Below are positions 63,001 to 64,000 of a DNA stretch of 64,000 nt, one piece after another (the stretch's first letter is position 1; each line of letters begins with the position of its first letter). Source of the stretch: Lingula anatina (Eukaryota > Animalia > Brachiopoda); assembly GCA_051362555.1 (NCBI GenBank), contig CM120641.1, positions 39,376,401 to 39,440,400 of the forward strand. The letters are read 5' to 3'. Position numbers and translations under genes: made by a program. The notes under the pieces were generated by a model. That model had not been told where the DNA came from. It did not search any database and was given only the letters and a program-made list of their open reading frames with translations.

Positions 63001-63244
63001 GACTGTTCTACTTTTATAGAAAGAGTCCAAAACAGAAGCGGGAAATGTTGAAAACCATTCAGACGCTGGGGATGACTAGCATTTTGCCAACTAGAGTGGG
63101 GGGCACCCGTTAGTTGCCCCATCTGTGCAAGGCCATAACTGCTTTTTTGAAAGGCTATGAATGCATCTTGAAAACAGTTCCCACACCACACCAAAGGCAG
63201 AGGCGCTTGTAAAGCTCATGAGAAATGCTGCTGTCATGGGTTTA
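63001..63244 (+). pseudogene. hAT transposase (ZNF862-like) exon fragment
   Basis: TTTTGCAG acceptor, then GLFYFYRKSPKQKREM...LPTRVGGTR*LPHLCKAITAFLKGY and, after a frameshift, HLENSSHTTPKAEALVK. TAG at 63111 replaces the W of the hAT TRW motif. Confidence 0.75.
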
Positions 63245-63252
63245 TTGTCAGT

Positions 63253-63421
63253 CAGGGGCGGATTTAGGCCGTCTTCTGGGTCTTCCGGAAGACGGTCAGA
63301 TTTTCAAGTTTACATTGACGGGTATCTAATTTTTTCTGTCGGAAGACGGTCAAAAAATGGAGGATGGATCAACAAATATAATATGGAAGACTGTCAGAAA
63401 ATATCTCTGGATCCGCCCCTG
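63253..63421. mobile_element. hAT-like MITE, copy 2 (169 bp), with 5-bp TSD TCAGT
   Basis: CAGGGGCGGAT / ATCCGCCCCTG TIR; TCAGT at 63248-63252 and 63422-63426. Confidence 0.9.
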
Positions 63422-64000
63422 TCAGTAATAAAGAAACTTTTGAAGCAAGAAAAGGCAATTAAACCATACTACACTAGCAATACTATTCAAACAATATCTG
63501 CTAATGTCGCTGACATGTTTTAAGCAGATGGGATGTCATATCCCTATTTGTCCAGGAGAACAATGTTCAAAAGCACCCTGTGTTACTTGTCAGTAATAAA
63601 GAAACCTTTGAAGCAACAAAAGGTGATTAAACCATACTACACTGGCTATTCTATTCACACAATATATACCAATGTCGCTGACAAATTTTTAGCAGATGGG
63701 ATGTCATATCCCTATTTGTCCAGGAGAACAATGTTCAAAAGCACCCTGTACTTCTCAAGAGTAAAGAAACTTTTGAAGGAAGAAAAGGCGATTAAACCAT
63801 ATTACACTGGCTATTCTATTCAAACAATATCTGCCAATGTCGCTGACATGTTTTTAGCAGATGGGATGTCATATTCCTATTTGTCCAGGAGAACAATGTT
63901 CAAAAGCACCCTGTACTTCTCAAGAGTAAAGAAACTTATGAAGGAAGAAAAGGCGATTAAACCATATTACACTGGCTATTCTATTCAAACAATATCTACC

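Larger units (their letters stand above)
61983..64000 (+). repeat. 165-168 bp tandem repeat (satellite-like), interrupted, running off the window end
   Basis: ATCCCTATTTGTCCAGGAGAACAATG recurs at 62062/62227 (165 bp) and 63540/63708/63873 (168, 165 bp); 77-bp sub-duplication at 62649-62802. Confidence 0.95.

Noticed and set aside
61983-64000. CRISPR-like or coding interpretation of the regular repeats, and ORFs 62564-63523
   Set aside because: Whole monomers repeat with no unique spacers, no cas genes, eukaryotic context; the ORFs read through satellite and MITE.

Overview
Eukaryotic, AT-rich, intron-containing animal DNA, most likely a mollusc or other lophotrochozoan (inferred from gene structure and repeat types). 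Host genes: (1) the last four coding exons of an unidentified + strand gene (18100-25826), preceded by long intronic sequence; (2) a complete 6-exon menin gene (MEN1, - strand, 41286->33607, 731 aa by my splicing); (3) a complete 13-exon CLPTM1 gene (+ strand, 41533-47414, 632 aa), head-to-head with MEN1 with 246 bp between start codons; (4) a single-ORF orphan type I membrane protein (- strand, 50747->49755). Introns and UTRs carry many short non-autonomous DNA transposons (Kolobok-like TTAA, Harbinger/Tourist-like TWA, hAT-like, Tc1/mariner-like). From about 53 kb to the end is a nested transposon stack: a probable hAT element, a Gypsy integrase fragment split by a CR1-group LINE that lacks its reverse transcriptase domain, a Helentron-type HINE inside LINE ORF1, Gypsy gag/protease remnants, and a 165-168 bp satellite holding two MITEs and a hAT transposase exon. 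I see no clear-cut new biological system. The best leads are the RT-less LINE, the orphan receptor-like protein, the exon-carrying Kolobok-like element and the AT-hook in menin. All family assignments are from remembered motifs, not database searches.
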